Positions 14,172-26,956 of a DNA stretch of 64,000 nt are shown in pieces. The DNA comes from Octopus vulgaris. Its lineage: Eukaryota. The notes below the pieces were generated by a model. The model saw nothing but the letters and a program-made list of their open reading frames with translations, did not search any database and was not told where the DNA came from. Within the stretch, counting starts at the first letter, position 1. Each line of letters opens with the position of its first letter. Location: positions 70,060,001-70,124,000 of the forward strand of contig OX597819.1 in NCBI GenBank assembly GCA_951406725.2, given 5' to 3'. The position numbers were made by a program, and so were the translations under genes.

Positions 14172-14437
14172 TGAAAAAGAAAGTCTGGGTAGAAAATGCT
14201 AAAATGATTTTATAAAAAACATTTCAGTACCGGTTTTGGTCATTGGTCATTGCAGAAACAAGGAAAATGCTCCTTGTATTTGAATACTATACAAATATTC
14301 TTTTAAAAAACTTTTCATTTAATTTTTCCAAAATTTAATCGTTTTCCATAAAGTTGAAAAAGTCTCAATGACTAGAACTGGTACTGAAATATTTTTTATA
14401 AAATTATTTTAGCATTTTCTACCTTGACTTTTTTTCC
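14172..14437. repeat. Inverted-repeat element (arms ~70 bp)
   Basis: ggtagaaaatgctaaaatgattttataaaaaacatttcagtacc mirrored by ggtactgaaatattttttataaaattattttagcattttctacc. Confidence 0.8.
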
Positions 14438-15286
14438 ATATATATATATATATATATATATAAACTCGTGTGTTCCTTTTTAACCTTCTACATATCTATC
14501 TAGAGAGAGAGGGGGGGAAGAGAGAGAGAGAGAGGGGGGAAGAGAGAGAGAGATGCACTCATGCTGATGCAATGTAAAAGCCCCCAACACATTCTTTAAA
14601 GTGGTTGGCATTAGAAAGGGTATCCAGCAGTAGAAACTATGCCAAAATAGACAAATGGACTGTGGCCAATTCCTGTCAAACGGTCCAACCTATGCCAGCA
14701 TGGTAAACATCAAATGATGATGAGGATGAGGATGATGATGTGTGTGTATATGTGTACATATATGTGTGTGCATGCATGTATGTGTGTGCATGAGTTTATT
14801 TGTGTTCAACTCCCCACCTCATGATAACTGGAGTTAGTTTATTTACAGCCTTGTAACTTAGCAGTTCAGCAAACGTGCCCAATAGAATAAGCACTAGGCT
14901 GCCATCTAATGACTGAAACAAGAAAAAAAAATTTCAAAGAAAAAGAAAATAAAAGATTATAATATGATATAAAAAAACAATGATTTATTCATGATTTTTA
15001 AAATTGCATACAAGCCTGTATATGTGTGCGTCTCTATGTGTCTGCATGTGTGTGTGTGTGTTTGTGAGAGAGAGAGAGAGAGTGTGTGTGTGTGTGTGTT
15101 TAACAATTGACAAATTCAACATGCAGCAACAAAGAGAAGTTAGTTTCAAAAATCTTTATTATGTAATGTTAAGGCAAAACGGATTGCAAAGGTGATACAG
15201 TGATACCGATTTCATTATTATTTAACCATTCAGAGAAGTCAGCACAATCAAGATAACTCCATACAAAATCACAAGTGGAAACTATG

Positions 15287-15328
<42 letters not shown>

Positions 15329-15510
15329 AACACTCGCACACATGTGTACAATACATACATACATACACATTGGTTGTTAACTTGTCCTCAAATATGACAC
15401 ATTGGAAGTTCTTGAACCTTTTCCTGTACATGACTTTGTAAACAACACTTCATAACATACATACATGCAAACAAACAAATAGAAGTAACAAGGATGTAAC
15501 AGGTATTAAT

Positions 15511-15595
15511 TCATTACAGGTGTTTCAAGTGGCACCATTTAATTGATCAATGAGAGGATAACATCGATTTCAAAGAAACCACTCTCGTCAGATGA
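15511..15595 (-). ncRNA. Type I hammerhead ribozyme motif, same strand as the gene, 3.3 kb past the stop
   Basis: Minus strand: tcat CTGACGA gagtggt...gccactt GAAA cacctg TA atga. Core intact, stem I tcat/atga, 7-bp stem II, stem III one base from the palindrome ACAGCTGT. Confidence 0.65.
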
Positions 15596-15893
15596 CCATA
15601 TAGGCATCAAACATAAAGGATTTATCAAGAGTGGATATCCTCACTTAACTGGGTTAGCATTGTCTGTACACACAATAGGAATATTAGGTACAAAAACCCC
15701 TACATGGAGTCTTGATATTCAATATTCAAATTATTTTGTTCAGGTGTGTGAAATATACCGAACTAGTAAGGTACCACAATTTAAGGACCTAATTCAAATG
15801 AATCTTAATTTGTATATATACATAAATACATACACACACACACACACATATATATACATACACACACACATATATACATACACACACACATAT

Positions 15894-16004
<111 letters not shown>

Positions 16005-16532
16005 CATACATACACACACATACATACATACATACATATATATGCATACATATATACATATATATAAATACAGATACACATGCACACATTTTGAATTCAT
16101 GTACTTACACACACACACATCACGTGACGAGCAGCAATTCATGATTCTTATAAAAGGATGTCTCTTACTGCATTACAAATATGTGTTGTTGTTTTTCTTT
16201 TTAAACTGTTTCCAACAGAAATCATACATTCATAAAATTAATATATTTTCAAGAATAACAATAAAACAAGAGAATTTAAACAATTAAACCACAAAAGATA
16301 TTGAAATTGAAACTTGAATTTACATCATAAATTAAATAAAATTGAAATTTAAATCGAAAAATGCTATTTTATTAAATTTATCTCAAATATTCAATTCAAA
16401 TTTGCAATTTCCAAGTTTGTTCCATCAGAAACAGATTTGGTTTAAGACCTGTTTCAGTTTTCTAAAAATTATTGGCCAACTTGGGAAGTAAATATTACAG
16501 AGAAATTCTTAGGCATCATAACATGCATACCA

Positions 16533-16569
<37 letters not shown>

Positions 16570-16631
16570 CCCACACCAACATATATATAAATTTAGTCAA
16601 ATACACATACATACATCATCGATATATATAT

Positions 16632-16668
<37 letters not shown>

Positions 16669-17095
16669 AATACATAAATATACATATGTAGCTGTATATC
16701 AATATATATGTATATAGGTATACAGATATATGATTCCACAAACACACACATATATATAAACACACAAATATATTAAGACTCAAGTGTGTGTGTGTGTGTG
16801 TGCAAAACAAAGCGAAACTATTTTCAATGAATCAATCTAAATACACTTCTATATAATCTATATAATGAAGTTTTACTGCGAGTGCAAACTTCCCGAAAGC
16901 TTAAAATTCCCAAAAGCTCAAGATTTTCAGCTGCTCAGATTCCCACTCTTACCGATTCTGATGCAATGAAAGATGTGAATAAAACAAAAGTTACGTTTGT
17001 ACAGAAAATAGAAAATAAAAAATACTAAATAAAAAAAAAAGAGGCAAATATAATTATATTGCTAACTTATACACAATTATATACTCATATATAAT

Positions 17096-17131
<36 letters not shown>

Positions 17132-17139
17132 CTTATTTA

Positions 17140-17532
17140 TTGTTGTTGTATATCAGGATGGTTATTTTATTTGTTTGTTTTTTTGTCAAATAAACACATG
17201 CACTATTTTTTTCTTCTTCTTCACTCATTTATTACTGTTCTTAGTTTATTATTTTAGCGCCAGACCATTTTCCGGAAATCTTTCGTCACACATCTGTGAC
17301 CTCCTCAGCAACAACATTTCTGTGTGTGTTCTTGCTCCACTTACTCCGCTCTCAATGTATGTGACAAAAACATACATGGAAGCAAAAAGTGTCGCTGAAG
17401 AGGTGACAGATGTGTGATGAAAGATTTCCAGAGAAGGGACAGTCATTAAAATTAAAGTGTTTATTTGGCAAAAAATAAAAAAAAATAATAATAATGATAA
17501 TAAATAAAAACGACCATCTCAAAATACAACAA
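17140..17532. repeat. Diverged inverted-repeat element in the putative 3' UTR
   Basis: Nested reverse-complement pairs: ttgttgta/tacaacaa, gatggtt/gaccatc, caaataaacac/gtgtttatttg, and the hammerhead-like arms. Confidence 0.7.
17272..17311 (-). ncRNA. Minimal hammerhead-like motif in the left arm of an inverted repeat (degenerate mirror copy at 17392-17430, +)
   Basis: Minus strand: ttg CTGAGGA g gtcaca gatg tgtgac GAAA gatt TC cgg. Perfect 6-bp stem II, weak stem I. Confidence 0.5.
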
Positions 17533-18510
17533 TATCTGTTTCAACATAGGATTTCACATCAGGAATTTTGCTAAATGAATTGATGTATTTATTTATTTGT
17601 TTCACTATGAATGTATATGTAAATATAAATATACTTATACAAACATATATGTTCATATACAGATATACACACATACACACATGGATAGATATACTCTAAT
17701 ATGCATGTGTGTGTGAGTAGATAAAAGATACACTCACATCTGACATGTACGTACATACATATATATGTGTGTGTGTATACATTCATTTATAATATGTTTG
17801 TGTAGACATGTATATACACACATATACATACATATGCATACACATATGTGCATGTGCGCATGCACGTCTCTTCCTCTTTGCTTTGCATAGCAATTTCTGT
17901 CTACAAATGTTGCGTTTCATTCCTAATGCATAGCCTGAGTGCTGCCAGCAGCTGGAGTCCTGATGTATCTTGTTCCTTACAAATACATTGATGTGTATGT
18001 GGGTGTGATGTGTGTGTGTGTGTGTGATGTATGTCTGTTAGTGTATAGTGAAAGAGAAATAGATATAGAGATATAAAGTGAGACAGAAAAAAAGAGAGAC
18101 AGACAGACAGACAGGCAAGGAGACAGACAAGGTGATAGAGGAACCACTTTTTCACTTTAAGTTGCACATTTTCTTTTCCTTTTTTTCATATTTTAAACTT
18201 TATACTTAGTCCATTGCACCTTATTTTTTTTGAGTGGTGGTCATGGTTGGAGGAGGAGGAGGAAAAGAAGAAGGTAAAGGTGTGCTTAGAACATAAAAAT
18301 ATCAGTCTGAAAGATCTCTTCCAAGCGTTTTTATTTGGAAGAAATTTGTTTTGTTTTTTTTTTCTTTTGTTCCAAAGTTGGTCTTGGAACTAACATACCA
18401 AAATCTTTAGTATTTTTTTTTCCTTTTGTTTTTGCAAATATTTCTTTAAAAAAACATTTTAATCTTTTTATTTAGTTGTTTTTCACTCCAGTTAAATTTC
18501 AGTTCATATA

Positions 18511-18571
<61 letters not shown>

Positions 18572-18855
18572 ATTTTTTTTTTTTTTTTAATTCAATGACT
18601 AATAGGAATATTCAGTATTGAACAAAGTAATTTTTTTTAATTAATTCCCAATTTTGGGAAAATAAATAAAAAATCTGGAGTGAGCAGAGTTTGAAAAATA
18701 GAATTACGAAGGTTATTTTTCAAAGAAGGGCTTTTACAGTTGTAACCATCTTTGCACATGCATTGGGTGTAGTTTTTTCTTTTGCTTTGGTTGCCAAAGA
18801 TGTTCTCAGTCATTTTTCAAACTTCTTTCTTATCTGGGATGAAGGAATCTTGCTG

Positions 18856-18878
18856 TCAGTTCTTCAACAAACTGCTTT
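18856..18878 (-). CDS. Terminal coding exon (QSSLLKN-stop), followed by a putative long 3' UTR
   Basis: Acceptor ttatattttacag|AA. In phase 1 it reads (Q)SSLLKN TGA. The downstream region (about 15000-18850) is poor in SINEs. Confidence 0.7.
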
Positions 18879-19300
18879 CTGTAAAATATAAATGAAATTA
18901 GCATAAATAATATTAAACTGTAATAAGAATTATTTTTAGAAAGAACAAGGATGACAGGAATTTTGGACAGGAGTTGAAAAAGTGAATGTTAAAATAATCT
19001 AGATGATGATGATTGCAGGCAATTTAGCATAAAAAATAATAATGATGTAATACATTAAGTGCAAATAAGTTGCCATGCTACCGATACATTTGTAGCATGT
19101 ATTAAACTGTAAAAGTCTATTCTTCTTCATATAGATATTTACTTGTTTCAGTATGTGTATATGTGTGTATGCATACATATACGTGTGTGTGTATGCACAT
19201 GTGTATACATATGTGTGTATGTATGCATATGCATGTGTGTGTGTGTGTGTGTGTGTGCATTTTCAGTCACTGGAGACTGTGACCATGCTGAGAAGTCTGT

Positions 19301-19347
<47 letters not shown>

Positions 19348-20652
19348 CATGCTTCTTTTAGTTTCCATCTACCAGATTGACTCACAGGGCTTTAGGTGGT
19401 CCAGAGCTATAGTAAAATGCTCCAGCTCAAGGTGCCACACAGAAGGACCACACTTGGTAACCTCGTGGTCAAGAAGCAAACTTCTTTCCCCACAGTCATG
19501 CCTGTATGCAACCATCATCATCCTCTAACATCTCTCCTCAATACTGGTGGAGAGTTGGACTGGTCAACAGGGTCCAATAAGACAAAGGAATGAATCATGC
19601 TCCAGTGTCTGCTTCAGTGTGGTTTATACAGTCAGATGTCCTTCCTAATGCTAACCTCTGCAGTGTGTACTGAGTGCTTTCTTCATAACATTGGCATCAT
19701 GGTGATGATGGAGAACAACAACAAGAAACAACTGCAGCAACTTCCAAGTGGCTTTATGCCAGTTGTTGAGAGGCTAAAACATGATAGCGGCACAGGTACA
19801 GGTTTTTTGCAATAGAAGAGACATGGCTTCCTTGCATTATATAAGAGTGGTTGGGAGTAAGAGGAAGGGAGATGATGAATGCCAGGGTGCCAAAGCATGC
19901 ACCCAAAGTACAAGGTGATTGTAATAGAGACGGCGGATGAGGATGGAGTAGGTTGTTTAGTTCATGGGAGTGTAAGAGGAGAGAGACAGGTGATTAGAGA
20001 TTGATGTAGAGGTAAATGTAGTGAATGATGTACAAGGGTGGAGGTGTGGTCAATGGCAAATATCAGTATGGTGAGGAAGAAGGTAAAAGAAATGGCTCAA
20101 GAAGAAGGAGGTGATTAGTGGTAACACAGGAGGGTATATCATTATCATCATCATCACCATCCCACTTTTCCATATTTGCATGGGTCAGATGAATTTGTTG
20201 AGACAGATTTTCTATAAGTGGACGTTCTTCCTGTCACCAATCCTCGGCTGTTTCCAAGCACGATAACATTTCCCTATGGCTAGACATGTTTTCCGTGGGA
20301 GACAAGAAATGAACAACACTGCTTGTATGACAGTGATGCTCATTTACAACCATCACATGATGTCAACAGAAGAGTACACACACATACACACACATCCATA
20401 TCAGCATGGAAAATGGACAGTAAATGACAATGATGATGATCTTATGGGCTTCTTTCAGTTTCTGTTTACCAAATCCATTTACAAAATAGAAGACCTTTGC
20501 CTAATGCACCATGCAGTGTGATTGACCCTAAGACTACATGTTTGGGAAGCCAGATTCTCAACCACACAGCCACAATTAATACAGTATTTCAAGACATTTC
20601 TTGATTAATGATTTCTCAAGAATATTAAGGGTAGTTTTTTTTTTCAACTTAC

Positions 20653-20733
20653 GTGATACACGAGCTCTTCTCTCTTCAGCTTTTCTTATCCACTCAGGTT
20701 TCTCAGACACTTTCTTATCTGATTGCTCAACAC
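20653..20733 (-). CDS. Coding exon (81 nt, phase 1 to 1)
   Basis: Acceptor atttcttgctcag|GT, donor TCAC|gtaagt. Encodes SVEQSDKKVSEKPEWIRKAEERRARVS. Confidence 0.85.
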
Positions 20734-21525
20734 CTGAGCAAGAAATAAACAAATAAAAATATAAATGAATTAGTAAATAAATAAATGAATAAATAAATTA
20801 ATTAATTAATACAGAAATGCCATTATTAAGAAACTATTTGGTCTAATGACTTAGAGTTTTCAGTCTATTTGAATTTCTTATTGAATTTCTACACTAAATA
20901 TCAATTGAATGGCTCTCTCATCAGATCTTCACGTTGCTTTAGACTGAGTTTAAATTTTTAACCTTTATTTACGATTACAGTGGGGTTACAATACTAATAA
21001 GTGATTAATTGATTGGAGCATTACAACACAGTGACAGCCTTGAAACAAATACATAACAGATATATCCAAGCACCCAGGTATTTACCTGAATAACAAAGCG
21101 AAATTTTTAATCCTTGCTCACATGAAAGGAAGTACATCCTATCATACCTGTATGCATCATCATGACTATAATCGCCAGTACCTCAACTTCAATCCTCCAC
21201 CAATACCTGGGAGTCTGGCAGAGTTTGACCAGAACATACACTAACATAGCCATAAACAAACACACATGCCCTGGCACAGCAGGAACCACCCAACAGACTT
21301 CTTTACACCCCACCCCCAATATAAGCCCCACCCCCCACCCCCAACACAACATGCATACATAAATGCCCCAAGAATTTAACCAAAACATAAAAGGAAACAC
21401 AAACAAACACACATGAAATTGTAATAATTTTGAGACAATAATGGAAAAGGAAAGAGCATGTCCATTTCTTTAGTGTAAATTTTTCAATTGTTCTTTTATC
21501 ATCCTTCTGTTTAATTTTCAAAACG

Positions 21526-21567
<42 letters not shown>

Positions 21568-21768
21568 GTGTGCATATATATGCATATGTGTATATATGTG
21601 TGAATAGACAAACAGAGAGATACATATACATACATACAAATATGTCTGTGCATGCATGTATGTATGTATGTATGTATGTATGTATATGTGAGTGTGTATA
21701 CATATGCAACATGGAATATCTATGAGCATGTGACTATTTCAAATGAAAGAGAAGATATGACAGCTTAC

Positions 21769-21862
21769 TCTGGGAGCTCTTGTTTTTATTGGCAAGTTTT
21801 TGCCGCCAAGCTGGCTGTACTGTGGAGGCATCTTCTGTCTTGTTCTGGCTGATGTCATCAAC
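21769..21862 (-). CDS. Coding exon (94 nt, phase 0 to 1)
   Basis: Acceptor ttttatttcaag|GTT, donor CAGA|gtaagc. Encodes VDDISQNKTEDASTVQPAWRQKLANKNKSSQ. Confidence 0.85.
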
Positions 21863-24371
21863 CTTGAAATAAAATAAACAGTAGAAAATGTCTATGAATA
21901 GCTATCATTGCTGATATACTGTACCTTTATTATATTTTTAATTATAATGAATGAATGAATGTGTGCTTTAAAATAATTTGAAAGCAATCTGCTATGCTGA
22001 GCTGAGACCCCCTTCGGTCATGACTGACCATGGGATTGCTAGCACCTACAAAGTTACCCTCTCAGGCACAAGTCCAGGCAAGGTTGTTCATGGAAAACCA
22101 GCAGTCACCCATGCATACCGGCCTCCCCCCTCCACGCCACCAGTGTTATCCAAGGGAAAAGAAAAGGCCGATACAGCTTGGCACCTGTGATGTCGCAACT
22201 CATTTCTACAGCTGAGTGAACTGGAGCAACGTGAAATAAAGTGTCTTGCTCAAGAACACAACATGTAGCCCAGTCCAGTATTTGAACTCACAACCTCACA
22301 ATTGTAAACTCAACACTCTAAACACTGAGCCATGCGCCTTCACTAGATATACATACATACATACATACATATCGTGACATTCCATCAGTCATGACAAGGG
22401 TTCCAGTTGATCCGATTAATGGAACAGCCTGCTTGTGAAATTAACGTGCAAGTGGCTGGGCACTCCACAGACATGTACCCTTAACGTAGTTCTCGCAGAG
22501 ATTCAGCATGACACAAAGTGTGACTAGGCTGGTCCCTTTGAAATACAGGTAAAACAGAAACAGGAAGAAAGAGTGAGAGAAAGTTGTGGTGAAAGAGTAC
22601 AGCAGGGATCGGTACCACCCCCTGCTGAAGCCTTGTGGAGCTTTAGGTGTTTTCGCTCAATGAACACTCACAATGCCCGGTCTGGAAATCGAAACCGCGA
22701 TCCTATGACCACGAGTCCGCTGCCCTAACCACCAGGCCATTGCACCTCCATATATATATATATTACACGTAATACGTATACATTAATCTTTGATTTTTAT
22801 GTCAAGTTATATAATAAAAACAATTTACCAATAACCTGAACAATTACACAAAACCTTTTAGGGGGGATTTTTTTTTTATAGAGAAACGGTAAACAATAAT
22901 TTCGAAGTTTTGGCATGGTTGCCCAAGATGACTAGGAAGCCCAAATTTCAAAGCCACTGTCAACCATTTCCTCACACACATAGTTAGTAAAGGGTTGAAT
23001 GGAATATGAAGAAGTTGAATTAACAGGTCAATACAAGTGGAAATTAGACAATTAGACAGAATATATATTATACAAAAACTATTAGTATTGGTCTTCGGTT
23101 TATAGAAAATAAATATCTGTGAGAAAATTTCAAATGATTTCGTCTTAATTCAGAGAATCTAATTAAGGGAGGTAACTCATTTTGTCAAAACAGCAATAAG
23201 GAAGATGAAAGCAAGTGTATATAAAATCGATTGACTAAGAATAACAAAATATTTTGGGATATGATAAACGTCAAGGATTTTATGATTGAATTATTAAAAA
23301 TAACACAGAATGATTCTTTTAAAAGCATTCCATTTCAGCAAAATTGTTTTATGTTGTGTAAGATGAGAAGGAAACTGCGTTACGTCTTTGTTTTTGAGAA
23401 AACGATATGAAGGGGAGATAATTCACAAATCCTTTATGGCAGTGCTTCTCAAACTATCTGATGTAGCGTACTGGCAATTTTTTTTTCCAGTGTACCAGGG
23501 AACCATAATATTTCTTAATAATATTAATTTCAACGGGAAGCTATATATATAATGAATATTATAAAAGTTGACAATTTTTTGTATCCTAAATTTATTTTGT
23601 AAACAAATAATACAAAATTACATAAGCATTTTATGAAATCTCTTTCTTTTCGTACAAGCAGCAAGCTGATGGCTCGCAGTGCACCACATTGAGTAGCACT
23701 GCTTTATGGTACAGCACAGAAGGATAGTTAAGAAATTATTAAGCAAGTCAGCGGCCTCTGGCAGAATCGTTAGCACGTTTGACAAAATGCTTAGCAGCGT
23801 TTCGTCAGCCTTTTATTCTGAGCTCAAACTCCGCTGAGGTCGATTTTGCCTTTCATCCTAAAATAAGTACCAGTTGTAACACTGGGGCTGATGTAACTGA
23901 CTCATTTCCTCCCCCAAAATTGCTGCCCTTGCGGCAAAATTCTAAACCATTATTAAGTAAGAGAACAGTGCATGCCATCAAAGTGACACTGGGGTCAACT
24001 ATACGAAGCCCAGCATACCCATCATGACTATCCGTCTGATAAAGGTACACTAGGCATATACATCACAGCCATATGGGAGCGACATGGTGATCTCATATCA
24101 AGATAAACAGCACATGACCTTGCAGGTGGGGCCCAGTTAGAATTTTCTTCTGGTCGAGTAACATATCCCGCTCAAAAGGTCTCTGAATATGGGTTGTTTA
24201 AGGATGTTGAACGAAACACCCATGTTTCCAGAGGTGAATTATTCAAACCCCTAAGAATTCCTCTCAACACATGGCTATGATGTTCCCCCACTACTTCTAT
24301 ACGTGATCAGAGATGCACATATCGTCAGCCACTAAGGGACATGCTCAACTGATTAAGGTCAAACAACTGAC

Positions 24372-24648
24372 AAGTAAATCTGTGGTATTGAGCAGAATAT
24401 TTGCTGTAGCCCATCTTTTATACCAAGACAAAACAATGTACATGATAATACTTCCAATCAGTTAAAATTAGTAGAAGCCACAAGAGCCACTGCCTGGTAC
24501 TGCATCAGAGTATAAGCAAATCTATGGTATTGAGCAGAATATTTGCTGTAGCCCATCTTTTATACCAAGACAAAACAATGTACATGATAACACTTCCAAT
24601 CAGTTAAAATCAGAAGCCACGAGAGCCACTGCCTGGTACGGCATCAGG
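24372..24648 (+). repeat. ~135-bp tandem duplication at the tail of an interspersed repeat
   Basis: aaatct(g/a)tggtattgagcagaatatttgctgtagccc...gagccactgcctggtac occurs twice. Confidence 0.85.
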
Positions 24649-25039
24649 GCATTTATTTTTATTATCATTATTATTATTATTGGCATCTAGCTGCAGAAAC
24701 TCTGCCAGATCAGATTGGAGCCTGGTGCAGCCTTCTGGCTTGCCAGTCCTCAGTCAAACCGTCCAACCCATGGAAAGCAGACGTTAAACAATGATGATTA
24801 ATATTATTAGCAATTAAAGAAACTGAGTGTTGACATAAGATGATGTTTAGAGTAAAAGCTGTGTAACAAAAGGAAATGAGCAAAAATATTTTACTACAAT
24901 AACAACAAATATATATACAAATTATAATCTGTAAAGGGTGTGATAATCGTAGGGGTGGTGTTGGTGGAAATTGTGGTGAGTGGTGGTAGAGGTGGTGGTG
25001 CTTCTGCTGCTGGAGGTTACAAGTGTGCATCCATCTTAC

Positions 25040-26956
25040 CCGACGGGTACGGACAAAAGATCGATTAACTCTCTCAGTGCTAACTTCACTGTCCGAGCTG
25101 TTATCGTTAATATCCAATCGATTTAAAAACTCCTCGTCATTTGTATCCATCACTGGAACTGTATAAGACCGCTCTAGGTTTGGTCTAATACTCTTGTTTT
25201 TCAGCGGGCTCCGCAAGATCTGGTAATAAGGTCCTTTCACTTGTTGCATGGTGGCTTTCTCCTTGGTATCATCCTCGTCAACTTCATTGCTGTCATCAGT
25301 GACTCCATCACTCTGCACAGGACTGTTCTCTGAACTGGATTTGGATTTACTTGATACACTCTTTGATTTCTTGTTCTTAAATGGTGAAAATTTTGGACTA
25401 GCAGGAAATTTTAATCGGTAGCGCTTTGATTTAGGCCTTTTCTCTTTGTGTTCTGGTGTCAGATCAGAATCACTGGATATATTTTCAGTTTTCTTGCTGA
25501 AGAATTTTTTAGAGAAATATTTCATCTCGGGGCTGGAGTGATGTGAATTTTTCTTATTAAGGTTTGAAGTCTTTGGAATGTGATTTACTGGGCTTGACTG
25601 AGGTGATAAATCAGTAAATTCTTTAATCTTCTTAGGACTTAACTTTTTCTCAGATAGTATAGGTGCTGGCAACACACGCACATAGAGAGATTTGTTTGAC
25701 TGTTTGGCCTTAACTGCACTAGGTAGATCATGCTGGCTTTCTGCATTACTCAAAGAATACATAGGACAAGAGGGCTTTTGAGGACTTGTGTCTGGTGTTG
25801 AAACCGGTTGTTTACGGCCTCTCAATTTAGGTTTACTAATTGGTGAATCAGTACCGAGAGTTGAGGGAAGGACTTTAACAAATCGAGCAGAGTTTCGAAC
25901 TGGAGACGTTGAGCCATTGTCATCACTGTGGCACTCTAAATTGTTGGCATTTTTAGTTGAAGGACTCAATTTGGGAGTTGGTTTGGGACTCGATTTAGGA
26001 GATGGTTTGGGGCTAATTTTTGGTGTTCTTGGACTATCAACGGTTTTCTCGTCAGGATAGACAAATGAATCGAATGATTGCGAAGTCAATGGTGGATAAT
26101 TAGGGTCATATCTTGGCTGGTCATATATCTGACCATCAAATGAAGCTGAGTGTGCAATATGAGGCATAGAATAAGAAACATCAGTTGGACAGCCTTGTTG
26201 TGCATTGTACATGGGATAACTTTGGTAATAACCATTGTAGTAGTTTTGTTGGGGTTGGCCTTGGTACCATGACTGGTAACTCTCATCTGTCACATTTGGC
26301 ATAGAAACTGATGGCGTCGGATAAGGACCCATATTAGGATAAAAGTTATCATTCGGATTATACATATTGTTTTGCTGAAGTTCCCAATGGAGATATTCGT
26401 TGCTATAGTTACTAGAATTATTGACGTTGTTATACTCGTTCTGGTTTGGGTAGCTCTCGTAGTAATTGTTGTGGTAATAGTTGCTGTTATTGATGTTGTA
26501 GCCGTTGGTCTGACTGCTGCTGCTGTTGTTGTTGTTGCTGTTGTTGTTGTTGCTATAGCTGTTATTGTTGTTGTTGTAATAAATATCGTTGTTGCTGTTG
26601 TTAATATCAATGCCACATTTTTCAAAACTATCTTTATTTGGTGATGTTGTTATTTCTGCAATGGCAGTCGATGCTGCAACCGTCCCAATAATGGTCGCTG
26701 TGGTTGTTGCAGTCACAATTGCAGCCGCTGTTGTTGTTGCTGTTGTTGTTGTTGATGTTGTTGCCGTTGCCACTGCTGCTATAGCAGTTGTTCTTGAAGG
26801 AGACAATATCGACGACAATGATTGTTTTTGTTGCTGTTGTTGTCGCGTTTGGGATTTTACTGTTGGAATCGTATAGTTCCTGTTAGTCCATTTATGGTTT
26901 TTGATCTTGGAGACATTAAGTGTAAAGTATTTTTTATAAGAATTAAAATTCTTTAT
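25040..26956 (-). CDS. Large coding exon (about 1917 nt, phase 0 to 0): T/A-rich, N/Q/Y-rich and S/P/K-rich segments; 5' boundary uncertain
   Basis: Lies within the 763-aa ORF 24710..27001. Donor CGG|gtaaga at 25040. Best phase-0 acceptor is tttttgaatttcag|ATA at 26956; other AGs near 26880 and 26990 are phase 2. Confidence 0.75.

Noticed and set aside
20845-20930. CTGATGA...GAAA on the minus strand
   Set aside because: Stems I and III do not pair convincingly. The GAAACAGCTGT at ~56568 and the motif near 990-1010 similarly lack the CUGANGA half.
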